Source of the DNA: an uncultured virus (IMG/VR IMGVR_UViG_3300017917_005385)
Taxonomy: Duplodnaviria; Heunggongvirae; Uroviricota; Caudoviricetes
Length of the DNA: 64,000 nt
Virus record (IMG/VR): IMGVR_UViG_3300017917_005385
Reading direction: 5' to 3' (one strand)
A program made the translations under genes and the position numbers. Below, piece by piece: positions 49,066 through 57,756 of the stretch (the stretch's first letter is position 1; every line of letters starts with the position of its first letter). The notes under the pieces are model-generated. The model saw only the letters and a program-made list of their open reading frames with translations. It was not told where the DNA came from and searched no databases.

Positions 49066-49577
49066 TGTTAAAAGGTAAAGACATATTTACATTTGTAAGA
49101 TTTGGTGGTCTTGATTTGAAGAATCAAAAAGGATTCTCTCAAAATCCAGAGACTTATCATCAACCACCTGCAACTCGTGGTTTTTATGCTATGCCTAAAA
49201 TTGCTCAAGAGTTCTTTCTTATTGGTTCTTTAGATTCTACTCAACCTGGAACTTTTGCTAAAAAGACTGAAGATCCTAACTATCAAAAAAATAAACTTCG
49301 TCAAATTCGTAAAGAGTTTAGAAAAACAGATGGTGAAATCTGGCATCATCTTGAAGAATATACTGATATAAAAGATGTTCTTCAAAGACATGGTTCTTGG
49401 GTTAAAACTGATATCAAAACTTGGGCTAAAGCCTTTTCTAAAATGTCTACTATTATGAGATATGGTAGAGCCAAATATGATTTAGATTATGGTATCAATC
49501 AACATGGTGATGGTAAAGGAGTTGTTGGTTGGTACTCTAAAGACCACTGTGAAGTTTTCTTTGATGAAAAAGTGTAA
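49065..49577 (+). CDS. Hypothetical protein
   Basis: Start ATG 49065 (TAATG overlap); FVRFGGL, HQPPATRGFYAMP, DHCEVF. Confidence 0.65.
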   Translation: MLKGKDIFTFVRFGGLDLKNQKGFSQNPETYHQPPATRGFYAMPKIAQEFFLIGSLDSTQPGTFAKKTEDPNYQKNKLRQIRKEFRKTDGEIWHHLEEYTDIKDVLQRHGSWVKTDIKTWAKAFSKMSTIMRYGRAKYDLDYGINQHGDGKGVVGWYSKDHCEVFFDEKV

Positions 49578-49579
49578 TT

Positions 49580-50323
49580 ATGTATAACAAGATATATGAC
49601 TTTTGTAAAGTAAGAAACCTTGGTAGTGTTTATTCTAATACAGATGAGCCTACACCAAGGGTTAAATTCATTACTGATTTATTAGAGTCAGAAGGAATTG
49701 ACTATGAATTAGATATTTTTAAGTCAAGAAATATTTCTTGTTACAACATTATCATGAAAGGCAATTCAACTAAAATGGTTGTTGCTCATCACGATATTAG
49801 TAATCCTAATATTGATAATGCTAATGATAACTCAGCTTCTGTTATCAATGCTATTATGATTAAGAAGTTATTACCAGAAACTAATGTTGTTCTATTAGAT
49901 GGTGAGGAATGTGGTGGACTTGGTTCTCAAAGATGTTCAGAACAAATTAATGAAGGATATTTCGGTAAAATTGATTGGGTTCTTAATTTAGAACTAACAG
50001 GTAAGGGTGGTAAATACTTCTTTATTGGTAACTATCCAGGTGTTTTATCAAATCATATTAAATCAATTTTTGATTGTCCTATTACAAATACTCCTTTTAA
50101 CGATTCTGTTACTTTTAGAAAGAATGGAATTGACTCTTGTGTTATTAATCCTATTCCACCTTTAAATGAGGGTAAAACATCTTGTGTTAAATGGGATGAT
50201 AATACTTATTTAGATTACTCAATGCTATATAATTGTCATTCTAAAAAGGATTCTATTGATACAATAGACATTCTTGATATGAAAGAGTTTGTAGAAGATG
50301 TTGTGTTAAAAATTCTAGCATAA
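49580..50323 (+). CDS. M28-family zinc peptidase-like protein
   Basis: VAHHD, ANDNSAS, DGEECGGLGS, LNLE, HSKKD. Confidence 0.85.
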   Translation: MYNKIYDFCKVRNLGSVYSNTDEPTPRVKFITDLLESEGIDYELDIFKSRNISCYNIIMKGNSTKMVVAHHDISNPNIDNANDNSASVINAIMIKKLLPETNVVLLDGEECGGLGSQRCSEQINEGYFGKIDWVLNLELTGKGGKYFFIGNYPGVLSNHIKSIFDCPITNTPFNDSVTFRKNGIDSCVINPIPPLNEGKTSCVKWDDNTYLDYSMLYNCHSKKDSIDTIDILDMKEFVEDVVLKILA

Positions 50324-50363
50324 AAAATTAATATATACTGATATAAAAAATTCAGTTTTATTA

Positions 50364-50825
50364 ATGAAACATTTACAAAAATTTGAGGCATTTAGAAATC
50401 CCTACATTGATAGAAGAGTTCCTTCTAAGCCTAAAGAAATAGCTTATCTAAAAGAACCTGTTGAAATCAGAATTGATGTTGAGAAAATAACACACGCTGG
50501 TGATAGACAGTGGAGACACGGTCTTGATGAGAAAATAACAGATGAAGATATTATTGATACAATTGAATTAGCAATTGAAGAATTAACAATTGCACTAATG
50601 CAAGATAAATTTAACATCACTCAATTAGAGGATGATTATCCGACTAAAGGTGTAAGAGCTGGTCAACCAAACAGATTTGTAATTAGAAATAAAACAAATG
50701 ACTTAAATGTTGTTTGTCAGTTGACACCAGGTGATAATGAATTTAAATTAACTGTAATCACAGTTATGAAAAAGCCAGATTTTAGAGCATACTCTGGTCA
50801 ATATGTAATTGAAGTAAAATCATGA
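50364..50825 (+). CDS. CTS-bearing protein with RelE/BECR-like RNase signature
   Basis: MKHLQKFEAF; THAGDRQWRH..LTVITVM; TAATATATA 50329-50337. Confidence 0.55.
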   Translation: MKHLQKFEAFRNPYIDRRVPSKPKEIAYLKEPVEIRIDVEKITHAGDRQWRHGLDEKITDEDIIDTIELAIEELTIALMQDKFNITQLEDDYPTKGVRAGQPNRFVIRNKTNDLNVVCQLTPGDNEFKLTVITVMKKPDFRAYSGQYVIEVKS

Positions 50826-51301
50826 AACACTTAAATAGATTTAATGAAAGTTGGACACCTGATGAAAGTCGTCTAATGAAGGATTTTACAGAATCTGATA
50901 AAAAATTCTTTGATGAAGTATTTGCTGAGTTTATTGATTTAGGTGCCAAATCCGAATTATATGAGAGTAAAGTGACTCACTTTGAAGGTCGTGGTGGTTC
51001 TGGTAGATACGAACAAATGGTTAAAAGATATAGAATATATGTGGATTTAGCAAATATGGCTTCTAAAGGTAGATCAATTGGTAGTAGATTAGTTGACTTG
51101 GTTAGATATACAGAATCTTTGAATGAGTTATTATTAGAGTTGTACTCTTGTATTAGTAAGATTAAAGAAGAAGAAGATTATAAGTATGTTGGTACACACA
51201 GTTATAGTAATAAAAATTCAAAAGTTAAGTTAAATCATGAAGGATATGATGAAAGTGAAGTACCTGATAGATTTAATATCGTATTAGAATTATATAAATA
51301 A
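50822..51301 (+). CDS. Putative capsid-internal protein (CTS-like N-terminus)
   Basis: MKHLNRFNES. Confidence 0.7.
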   Translation: MKHLNRFNESWTPDESRLMKDFTESDKKFFDEVFAEFIDLGAKSELYESKVTHFEGRGGSGRYEQMVKRYRIYVDLANMASKGRSIGSRLVDLVRYTESLNELLLELYSCISKIKEEEDYKYVGTHSYSNKNSKVKLNHEGYDESEVPDRFNIVLELYK

Positions 51302-51330
51302 AAAAACCTCAGATTTCTCTGAGGTTTTTT
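51301..51330. terminator. Bidirectional intrinsic terminator
   Basis: AAAAAACCTCAGA-TTTC-TCTGAGGTTTTTT between convergent genes. Confidence 0.85.
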
Positions 51331-51347
51331 CTTTCTGTAAAAATCTA

Positions 51348-52445
51348 TTAACCAACGGTCAAGAAGATTTTACGGGACATTCTATCCACTGAAAGAACTT
51401 TCACTTTGATATCTTGTCCTTGTGAGAACCTTTTACCAAGTTTTTCCATTTCTGAAGTGTGGATAAGACCAACAGTTTCGTCATCAAGGTTCACTAAAGT
51501 GCCAAATGCTTTGGTGTCTTTAACAGTACCTTCAATGATTTGACCATTTTTAATTGTGTCCCACAGGGTCTCTCTCAAGATTTGAGTAAGGATAATTTTA
51601 TCCTTAATAACCTCTTTAATGTAGAATTCAATTTGGAATCCTGGTGAGATTGAAGATAACTTCTCAGCCCAGTCTGGATTAACATTTGCTTTATGGATCA
51701 TTCCAGTTAAGCACTCATTGAACTCAACAAAGACACCAAATGGAGTTGTACCGGTAACGTGACCACTGTACACTTTGTTGTACTCCAATTCCTTAATTGC
51801 TTCAGGAATTAAAGTTTGAAGATACTTACGTCTTGAAACGATATAAGTTCCTTCGTTTTGGGCATAAGATTCAATCATAACATTGAATGTTTGTCCAACA
51901 ATTGAGTTAGGATCGTGAAGCTTGTTAATACCAGCAAGTGTATTTGGCATAAAGCCTGGTAATGTTACACCACCGTGTGTTAACTCAACATCATAGCCAG
52001 CTGGGTTAAGACTCTTAACCGTAACCATTACTGATTGACCTTCTTCTAAGGATTTTAAGTTAGCGTGTGCTCTTGACTCATATAGAGAAGAAACACTTCC
52101 TTTAATCATAAAATTATCTTGATTAATATCAGTGATTAATACATCAATTAAGTCACCTAAATTAAGGTTCTTGAAGTACTTAGATTCACTAACTCTATCC
52201 TCTATTCTAACGTCATCTTTGTATCCTGGTACACTAAATATAAATTGGCCTGCTGACTTACCAACATATTTAGCAGATACAACTTGACCTTTCTCAGGGA
52301 TTGCAATTTCATCAAGGTTATAAAGCTTTAGCATTTCTTGATACTCTTTTGTGTTTTTGTTTCGAGTACCTTTTTTTGAAAATTTAACTTCTTCAAAGAC
52401 GTCCATTAAATCTTCATTACCGATTGTGTTTTTTATCATATTCAT
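51348..52445 (-). CDS. rpsA: Ribosomal protein bS1-like protein (about four S1 domains)
   Basis: PGFMP, IVSRR, G.VTG..PFGVFV..GMIH, FGTLV..GLIHTSE..KVKVLSVD..KIFL. Confidence 0.8.
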   Translation of the reverse strand: MNMIKNTIGNEDLMDVFEEVKFSKKGTRNKNTKEYQEMLKLYNLDEIAIPEKGQVVSAKYVGKSAGQFIFSVPGYKDDVRIEDRVSESKYFKNLNLGDLIDVLITDINQDNFMIKGSVSSLYESRAHANLKSLEEGQSVMVTVKSLNPAGYDVELTHGGVTLPGFMPNTLAGINKLHDPNSIVGQTFNVMIESYAQNEGTYIVSRRKYLQTLIPEAIKELEYNKVYSGHVTGTTPFGVFVEFNECLTGMIHKANVNPDWAEKLSSISPGFQIEFYIKEVIKDKIILTQILRETLWDTIKNGQIIEGTVKDTKAFGTLVNLDDETVGLIHTSEMEKLGKRFSQGQDIKVKVLSVDRMSRKIFLTVG

Positions 52446-52502
52446 ATTTTTTACAAGTTACAAGTTAGTATATTGATTACATGTTTAATTGTTTAGATAA
52501 TA

Positions 52503-52916
52503 TTAAAAATTTCTTTTGATATTATTTCTAGTCATATAATCTCGAACTCTTGCTGCCTCTTCATACTTTTCTTTTTTGATTAGGTCATCAAGCTTACTAT
52601 TAAGTTCTTTAGTTATTTCTTCTATATTTTTTTCTTTTGAAAGTTGTTTTATATCATCAATAAATGAATTATAGAAGTTTTCCATTTGTGATATATCCAT
52701 AAAATAAACTGGAACAGGCATAGGTAACATCTTTTGTTCAGATGATTTATCCTCTTCTAATTCTTTTAGTTTATCACTATTTTTGATTTTTTTAATAAAA
52801 TCTTCAGTTAATGCAGAATTCTCAACTAAATACTTAGCCAAGTGATAAGGTCTGTTTTTAAACATTTTTAAAAGTATTACTAAACTACGATATAATTCCT
52901 CATTTTCCATATTCAT
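52503..52916 (-). CDS. UVR-domain protein
   Basis: C-terminal LIKKEKYEEAARVRD. Confidence 0.7.
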   Translation of the reverse strand: MNMENEELYRSLVILLKMFKNRPYHLAKYLVENSALTEDFIKKIKNSDKLKELEEDKSSEQKMLPMPVPVYFMDISQMENFYNSFIDDIKQLSKEKNIEEITKELNSKLDDLIKKEKYEEAARVRDYMTRNNIKRNF

Positions 52917-52940
52917 TTTATATGATTATGGTTAACTTGT

Positions 52941-53630
52941 TTAGATCTTTTCAAATAAAATGCTAAAATAATAATCAAAGTTATATGAACTTGATGGTTT
53001 TTCCTGAGTGAATAAAACCTTTATCTCTGATTCATCATAAGATAAATCAACTTGTCTTTTTTTCAATAGATTAGAATCTGATATTATTGTAGAATTCCAA
53101 TTATTTTTATATCTTAAAACATTCTGACTTCTTAAATCTGTGTAAGATACATACATATCTAGTCTACTAAATTTATATCTATTTAATACATTTTTATCAA
53201 CGTACTCTCTTATTGCAGTATTTATGTCATTTGTTTTTGTTAAAGAATTACTTATTCCTTCAAATGTTCTATATCTTTTAAGAGTTGAAAATAAATAATC
53301 AGTTAATATATTTTTGACGTTAATATTTAATATCCACTTTGTATTGGTTTCTCTTTGAGAATCAAATTGAGAATCATCAATACTCAAATTGTGATTAAGT
53401 TTCATATTATCTGATGCTGAATAAACCATTGTTTGTAAAGATGATTCTGCTGCTAAATCAATTTGTTCACCATTACTTCTTTGATAATAGATAATATTTT
53501 GATTAGATATGTAAACATTATCTTCTACATCAAGCATTTTAGAACCAAAGAAATTACTTTCCTCTACCATATTAAAAGTACCATATATTGGTGTGTTGTT
53601 GTATTCTGGTGATATATAACTTCTTCTCAT
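52941..53630 (-). CDS. Putative structural protein
   Basis: Coupled to the large upstream structural genes. Confidence 0.55.
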   Translation of the reverse strand: MRRSYISPEYNNTPIYGTFNMVEESNFFGSKMLDVEDNVYISNQNIIYYQRSNGEQIDLAAESSLQTMVYSASDNMKLNHNLSIDDSQFDSQRETNTKWILNINVKNILTDYLFSTLKRYRTFEGISNSLTKTNDINTAIREYVDKNVLNRYKFSRLDMYVSYTDLRSQNVLRYKNNWNSTIISDSNLLKKRQVDLSYDESEIKVLFTQEKPSSSYNFDYYFSILFEKI

Positions 53631-56600
53631 TATAGATTTATATTTTTTATAGCATCTTGTATTCCTATATTTACAATATTCTTTATAATAGCTTGGTCTG
53701 ACTCAAACTTTAAAGTATTTTCAACTTTATTAGATGTTAAATAATGATAATAATTATCCCAAGTTGACTTAAATATAAAAGTATCTACAGTCGTATATCC
53801 AAACTCATCTATCATTGGATAAATTGATTTTAAATCTTTAACATTGTATAATTTAAGTATACTTTCTTTATGATTAACTTTTCTTATTTTTCTTTCTTTG
53901 ATTAAACCAAAATTTGTTAATGTTGTATCAAACTTGTAGTTACTTTCTATTACATTATAATTTGAATCAATTTTAGGAGATTCAAATAAATCTATTGAGT
54001 AGAAAATAGGCATATAAAAACCGCTAAACCTATAGATAATATCATCTGTTATATTAACAGCACCACTGTAGTTTATAGTAGGTTTAGGTGTATCTTTATT
54101 AGATGTTATATCTGCCGCAATAGGTACATTATTATAATAATTCAAATTGTCTAAATTATTATTTATAGATTTTAATACTTTAGTTGGCTTCAAATCTTTT
54201 GGAGTTTCTAATGGTTTATAATTAATTGAATTATACTTCATTACAACTTCATCCGGTGTTTCACATGTTATAAAATAAGGAAGTCCTTCTATATTATTAT
54301 AGTTGTACTTTTTAATTGTTCCGTCCTCATTTATTATTATGTAGTTAACATAATCAGTAAATCCGTTCTTACTTGATAAATCATTTATAGATTGAATGAA
54401 ATTATAAGCTGTTAGTTTAGAATTTAACTCATTGTATAAAATATCTCTATCCGATTCAGATAAATTACCAATTGTATTATCAGCAATATCTATATTTATG
54501 AGTATATTTTTCCATTTTTTATTAATATAAATATTTATACCATTTTGTAACGTTGATTTTGATGTGTTACTATTTATCATATAATATGAGTTGTTCATCT
54601 CTATTATAGGATTTGTAGATTGATTATAAATAATTGAAGTGTCCGGCACAAGAGAATAAACTCTAATCCAGTCAGATGAAACACCTGGCTCATTTCCAGT
54701 AGACGAACCAGAAGGTATACTTTGATATACTATATCTTCATGTACTACATAAGTAGAACTAGCATAAGATAAACTTGGATTCCAAATTTGAATCTCTGAC
54801 CATTTTTTACTAACTGATTGTGTTGCTACCCAATAATATTGACCAACATTATCAAATACATCTTTTTTATCTAAAGAACTTCTAAATGCATTATAAACTT
54901 TTGAAACATTATAAGGCATTTGATAATCAGGTCGGTGATTATTGCTTGATGTCATAGACATATAATATTGACCTTTAAATAGAACAACACTACCTAATGA
55001 ATAACCAGTTGAATCAGAAGTTACAGGGTTCCATAAATCATCTGTTCCACCTGTATAATAATAGTAGTCTCCATTATTATAAATCACATCTCCATTTTGA
55101 CCAACTCCATTACCTGGGTAAGTACCAGTAGGATTCCAAAATATAGAATTAAACCCTGGTGTATAAACAGTCCAACCAGTTTGATTATATGGTGCTGATA
55201 TTGCATTTTTTATTAAACTATACTCTTTTATCGGATTTGTTGTTATAGATATAATTGAAGATTGGTATAAAATATCATCTTTAACAACTATATCACCTGG
55301 TTGATAAGTTTTATCCATCTTCCAATCATCAAATATAGTCCAACTCATTAGATTCTGAGATTGAGTAAGTGAGCCAAAATTATCACCAGATGGTGAATCA
55401 ATAACAGCCCAATCATTATCTGATAGAAGAATTGAGAATTTATATCCATCAAAACTATTTGATGTTTTTAAGTTAAATACTTCTACTTTTCCAGTCTCAT
55501 CTTTTCTAGCATTCTCAATATCATAAATTAAAAACTTTAATCCCCTAAATAATGTTATATTAGGTATAGATTTATCACCTTTATTAAATAGTGAATATTT
55601 TTTTGAATTTTTCTTTATTTTATAGTTATCAAAGATAGAATTCATTTCAAAGAAATGAGAAAAGTAATCAAAGATATATGTAGCAGATGATGTAGCAGAT
55701 GATGAATAAGTTCCTAAATTTAAATATTTATTTAACTCAAATTTAAATGATGTGTCTATTCCAGACTTATTTTGTTTTTCAACATGTAAACTATGGTGTA
55801 CATAAGAATATGTAGATGAGTTTATAGTATAGAAGTAGTCTAAATTTCTTTCTATTCTTTTAGGATTAGGATCAAACGGATTAGTAGTTCTATTGTAATC
55901 TTCAAATAACAAAGAGTTATTAAGTAAATAAGGTACATCATTAGCTGATATAGAGTTTTGAAATCCCCATCTACAATACACATCATTCTTTCTCCATATC
56001 TCTGATAAATCACCATTATCTATTTTAAATGTTTCATAATTTGCTGTATACTCAGATGATACTGGTATATTAATAACTTCTCCTTTATATACAAAATCAT
56101 CATAGTTTCTAGGAATTGATTTACTAGAAAGATCAATCATATACATTTTACTTTCATCTGTTTCTGTAAGATCATACTTTTTCTCATATTCAAATTTTGA
56201 ATATTCAGTATCTACTATTCTAGTATCAAAATCTTTTATATCAGTGAATTTTAACTTATAGATATTAAACTTTTTTGGTGGATTATTAGCATCAACAATA
56301 AAGCTAACTTTTTTAGTATAACTAGGATCTGATTTATTTACAAAATAAGTATAATCATTCTCATTAATTTTAAATGAATAGTCACTGTTTATTCTAATTC
56401 TAGTTGTTTCAGTAACTACACCATTTACTAATTCTGGTCCTTTCTCTCTTACTAAATTATGAAAAACACCATCTATTTCAATTAACCAAACATCAGCGGT
56501 GTCCCAATCTGAGATTTCATAATTAGTGTTATCATACTTTAATAATCTATTAGGATAAGTTGTTTCATCACCTATCAATCCAGTGTTTTTATTTAACATT

Positions 56601-57742
56601 GATTGTTTTCCAGATAAATTAATATCTGATATTATTCTATACTTAGTGACTTTTTTAGTAGAATACTCTTGTGAAATAACCTGACCACTTTTAATTGGTT
56701 GTAAAACTGAAGGTATTTCTTCAACAAATTTTTCAACTTTATAATACTCACTATTATATTCGACATAATATATCTTATGATCAAGAAAGCCTTCCATAAA
56801 AGGATCTTCACTTGTTGGTGATTGTAATATATTACCATCTAAAATAACAACATCATTTTTAAGAAATGGTGTTATGTAAGGTGATATACTTGTTACTTTA
56901 ACCATATCATCTATATAAAACCCGTAGTATCTATTTATTGACCATTTTCTAAGTGTATCTGAGTTTGCTGGTGTATCATCAAAAAGAAAAGACATGTTTA
57001 GTATATTTGGAAAGACAATTTTATTATTTTTGTATCCATCAAATATAAATCTCTCAAACTCAAATATTTCTTTTTCTTCTCTATATACAGATTCTAAGAA
57101 CATAGATTTGCTAGTATAACCACCTGTTTCATAATCAATACCATTCCATTTAGAAAACTCTAAATTGTCAAAACTCATCTCAAATGGTGTTAAAGGAAAA
57201 AAAGAGTTACTACTAAAGTTTGTATCAAGCCACTCACCTAAAACTGACTTTTTTGTCAAATCAAAAATCTTAACAGTTTTAAGGTTGTTTAATATTTTTG
57301 ATTTAAAGTTTTCTTTTTTAACCTCATCAACTCCAGGCCCATCAACTCTAAATATTATAAAGTTTTTTGGTAATCCTAATGTTGATATGTATAATGGTGC
57401 AAAATATTCAAACTCTTCTTTATAGTTTTTATTGTTAATAATATTTCTAGCACCATATTGATATATCTCGTCATATTGTAAAGAGTAGTCTTTACTAGAA
57501 GAGTCAACATCTTTTTCATATTTTATAAAAAATGCAGTTTCAGATGGAAGTTTATCATAGAAATAAGGAATCAACTCATCATAATAATTATTCTTAATAA
57601 AAGAAACTTTCTTAAACTTTGAGTTTGAGAGTTCTTCTTTAGACTCAATGCTATTAAGTGATAGATTATAATTACTATCTACCATTACTTTAACATTTGT
57701 TGTTAATCCTACATTAGTTCTTAATATTGCAAAACTTTTCAC
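53630..57742 (-). CDS. Giant putative structural protein with carbohydrate-binding-like W..Y..GD.V repeats
   Basis: GTG start; WKMDKTYQPGDIV, YSLGSVVLFKG, WNPSLSYASSTYV. Confidence 0.6.
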   Translation of the reverse strand: MKSFAILRTNVGLTTNVKVMVDSNYNLSLNSIESKEELSNSKFKKVSFIKNNYYDELIPYFYDKLPSETAFFIKYEKDVDSSSKDYSLQYDEIYQYGARNIINNKNYKEEFEYFAPLYISTLGLPKNFIIFRVDGPGVDEVKKENFKSKILNNLKTVKIFDLTKKSVLGEWLDTNFSSNSFFPLTPFEMSFDNLEFSKWNGIDYETGGYTSKSMFLESVYREEKEIFEFERFIFDGYKNNKIVFPNILNMSFLFDDTPANSDTLRKWSINRYYGFYIDDMVKVTSISPYITPFLKNDVVILDGNILQSPTSEDPFMEGFLDHKIYYVEYNSEYYKVEKFVEEIPSVLQPIKSGQVISQEYSTKKVTKYRIISDINLSGKQSMLNKNTGLIGDETTYPNRLLKYDNTNYEISDWDTADVWLIEIDGVFHNLVREKGPELVNGVVTETTRIRINSDYSFKINENDYTYFVNKSDPSYTKKVSFIVDANNPPKKFNIYKLKFTDIKDFDTRIVDTEYSKFEYEKKYDLTETDESKMYMIDLSSKSIPRNYDDFVYKGEVINIPVSSEYTANYETFKIDNGDLSEIWRKNDVYCRWGFQNSISANDVPYLLNNSLLFEDYNRTTNPFDPNPKRIERNLDYFYTINSSTYSYVHHSLHVEKQNKSGIDTSFKFELNKYLNLGTYSSSATSSATYIFDYFSHFFEMNSIFDNYKIKKNSKKYSLFNKGDKSIPNITLFRGLKFLIYDIENARKDETGKVEVFNLKTSNSFDGYKFSILLSDNDWAVIDSPSGDNFGSLTQSQNLMSWTIFDDWKMDKTYQPGDIVVKDDILYQSSIISITTNPIKEYSLIKNAISAPYNQTGWTVYTPGFNSIFWNPTGTYPGNGVGQNGDVIYNNGDYYYYTGGTDDLWNPVTSDSTGYSLGSVVLFKGQYYMSMTSSNNHRPDYQMPYNVSKVYNAFRSSLDKKDVFDNVGQYYWVATQSVSKKWSEIQIWNPSLSYASSTYVVHEDIVYQSIPSGSSTGNEPGVSSDWIRVYSLVPDTSIIYNQSTNPIIEMNNSYYMINSNTSKSTLQNGINIYINKKWKNILINIDIADNTIGNLSESDRDILYNELNSKLTAYNFIQSINDLSSKNGFTDYVNYIIINEDGTIKKYNYNNIEGLPYFITCETPDEVVMKYNSINYKPLETPKDLKPTKVLKSINNNLDNLNYYNNVPIAADITSNKDTPKPTINYSGAVNITDDIIYRFSGFYMPIFYSIDLFESPKIDSNYNVIESNYKFDTTLTNFGLIKERKIRKVNHKESILKLYNVKDLKSIYPMIDEFGYTTVDTFIFKSTWDNYYHYLTSNKVENTLKFESDQAIIKNIVNIGIQDAIKNINL

Positions 57743-57756
57743 CTAATAAAATTATT

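Noticed and set aside
506..57425. Short overlapping or antisense ORFs in the track (e.g. 506, 1726, 2898, 3192, 6053, 8645, 9575, 10750, 12767, 20912, 22497, 22652, 24073, 26290, 29460, 30915, 36515, 38108, 45278, 45904, 48189, 56632, 57165)
   Set aside because: Nested in or antisense to better-supported genes; no motifs or promoters
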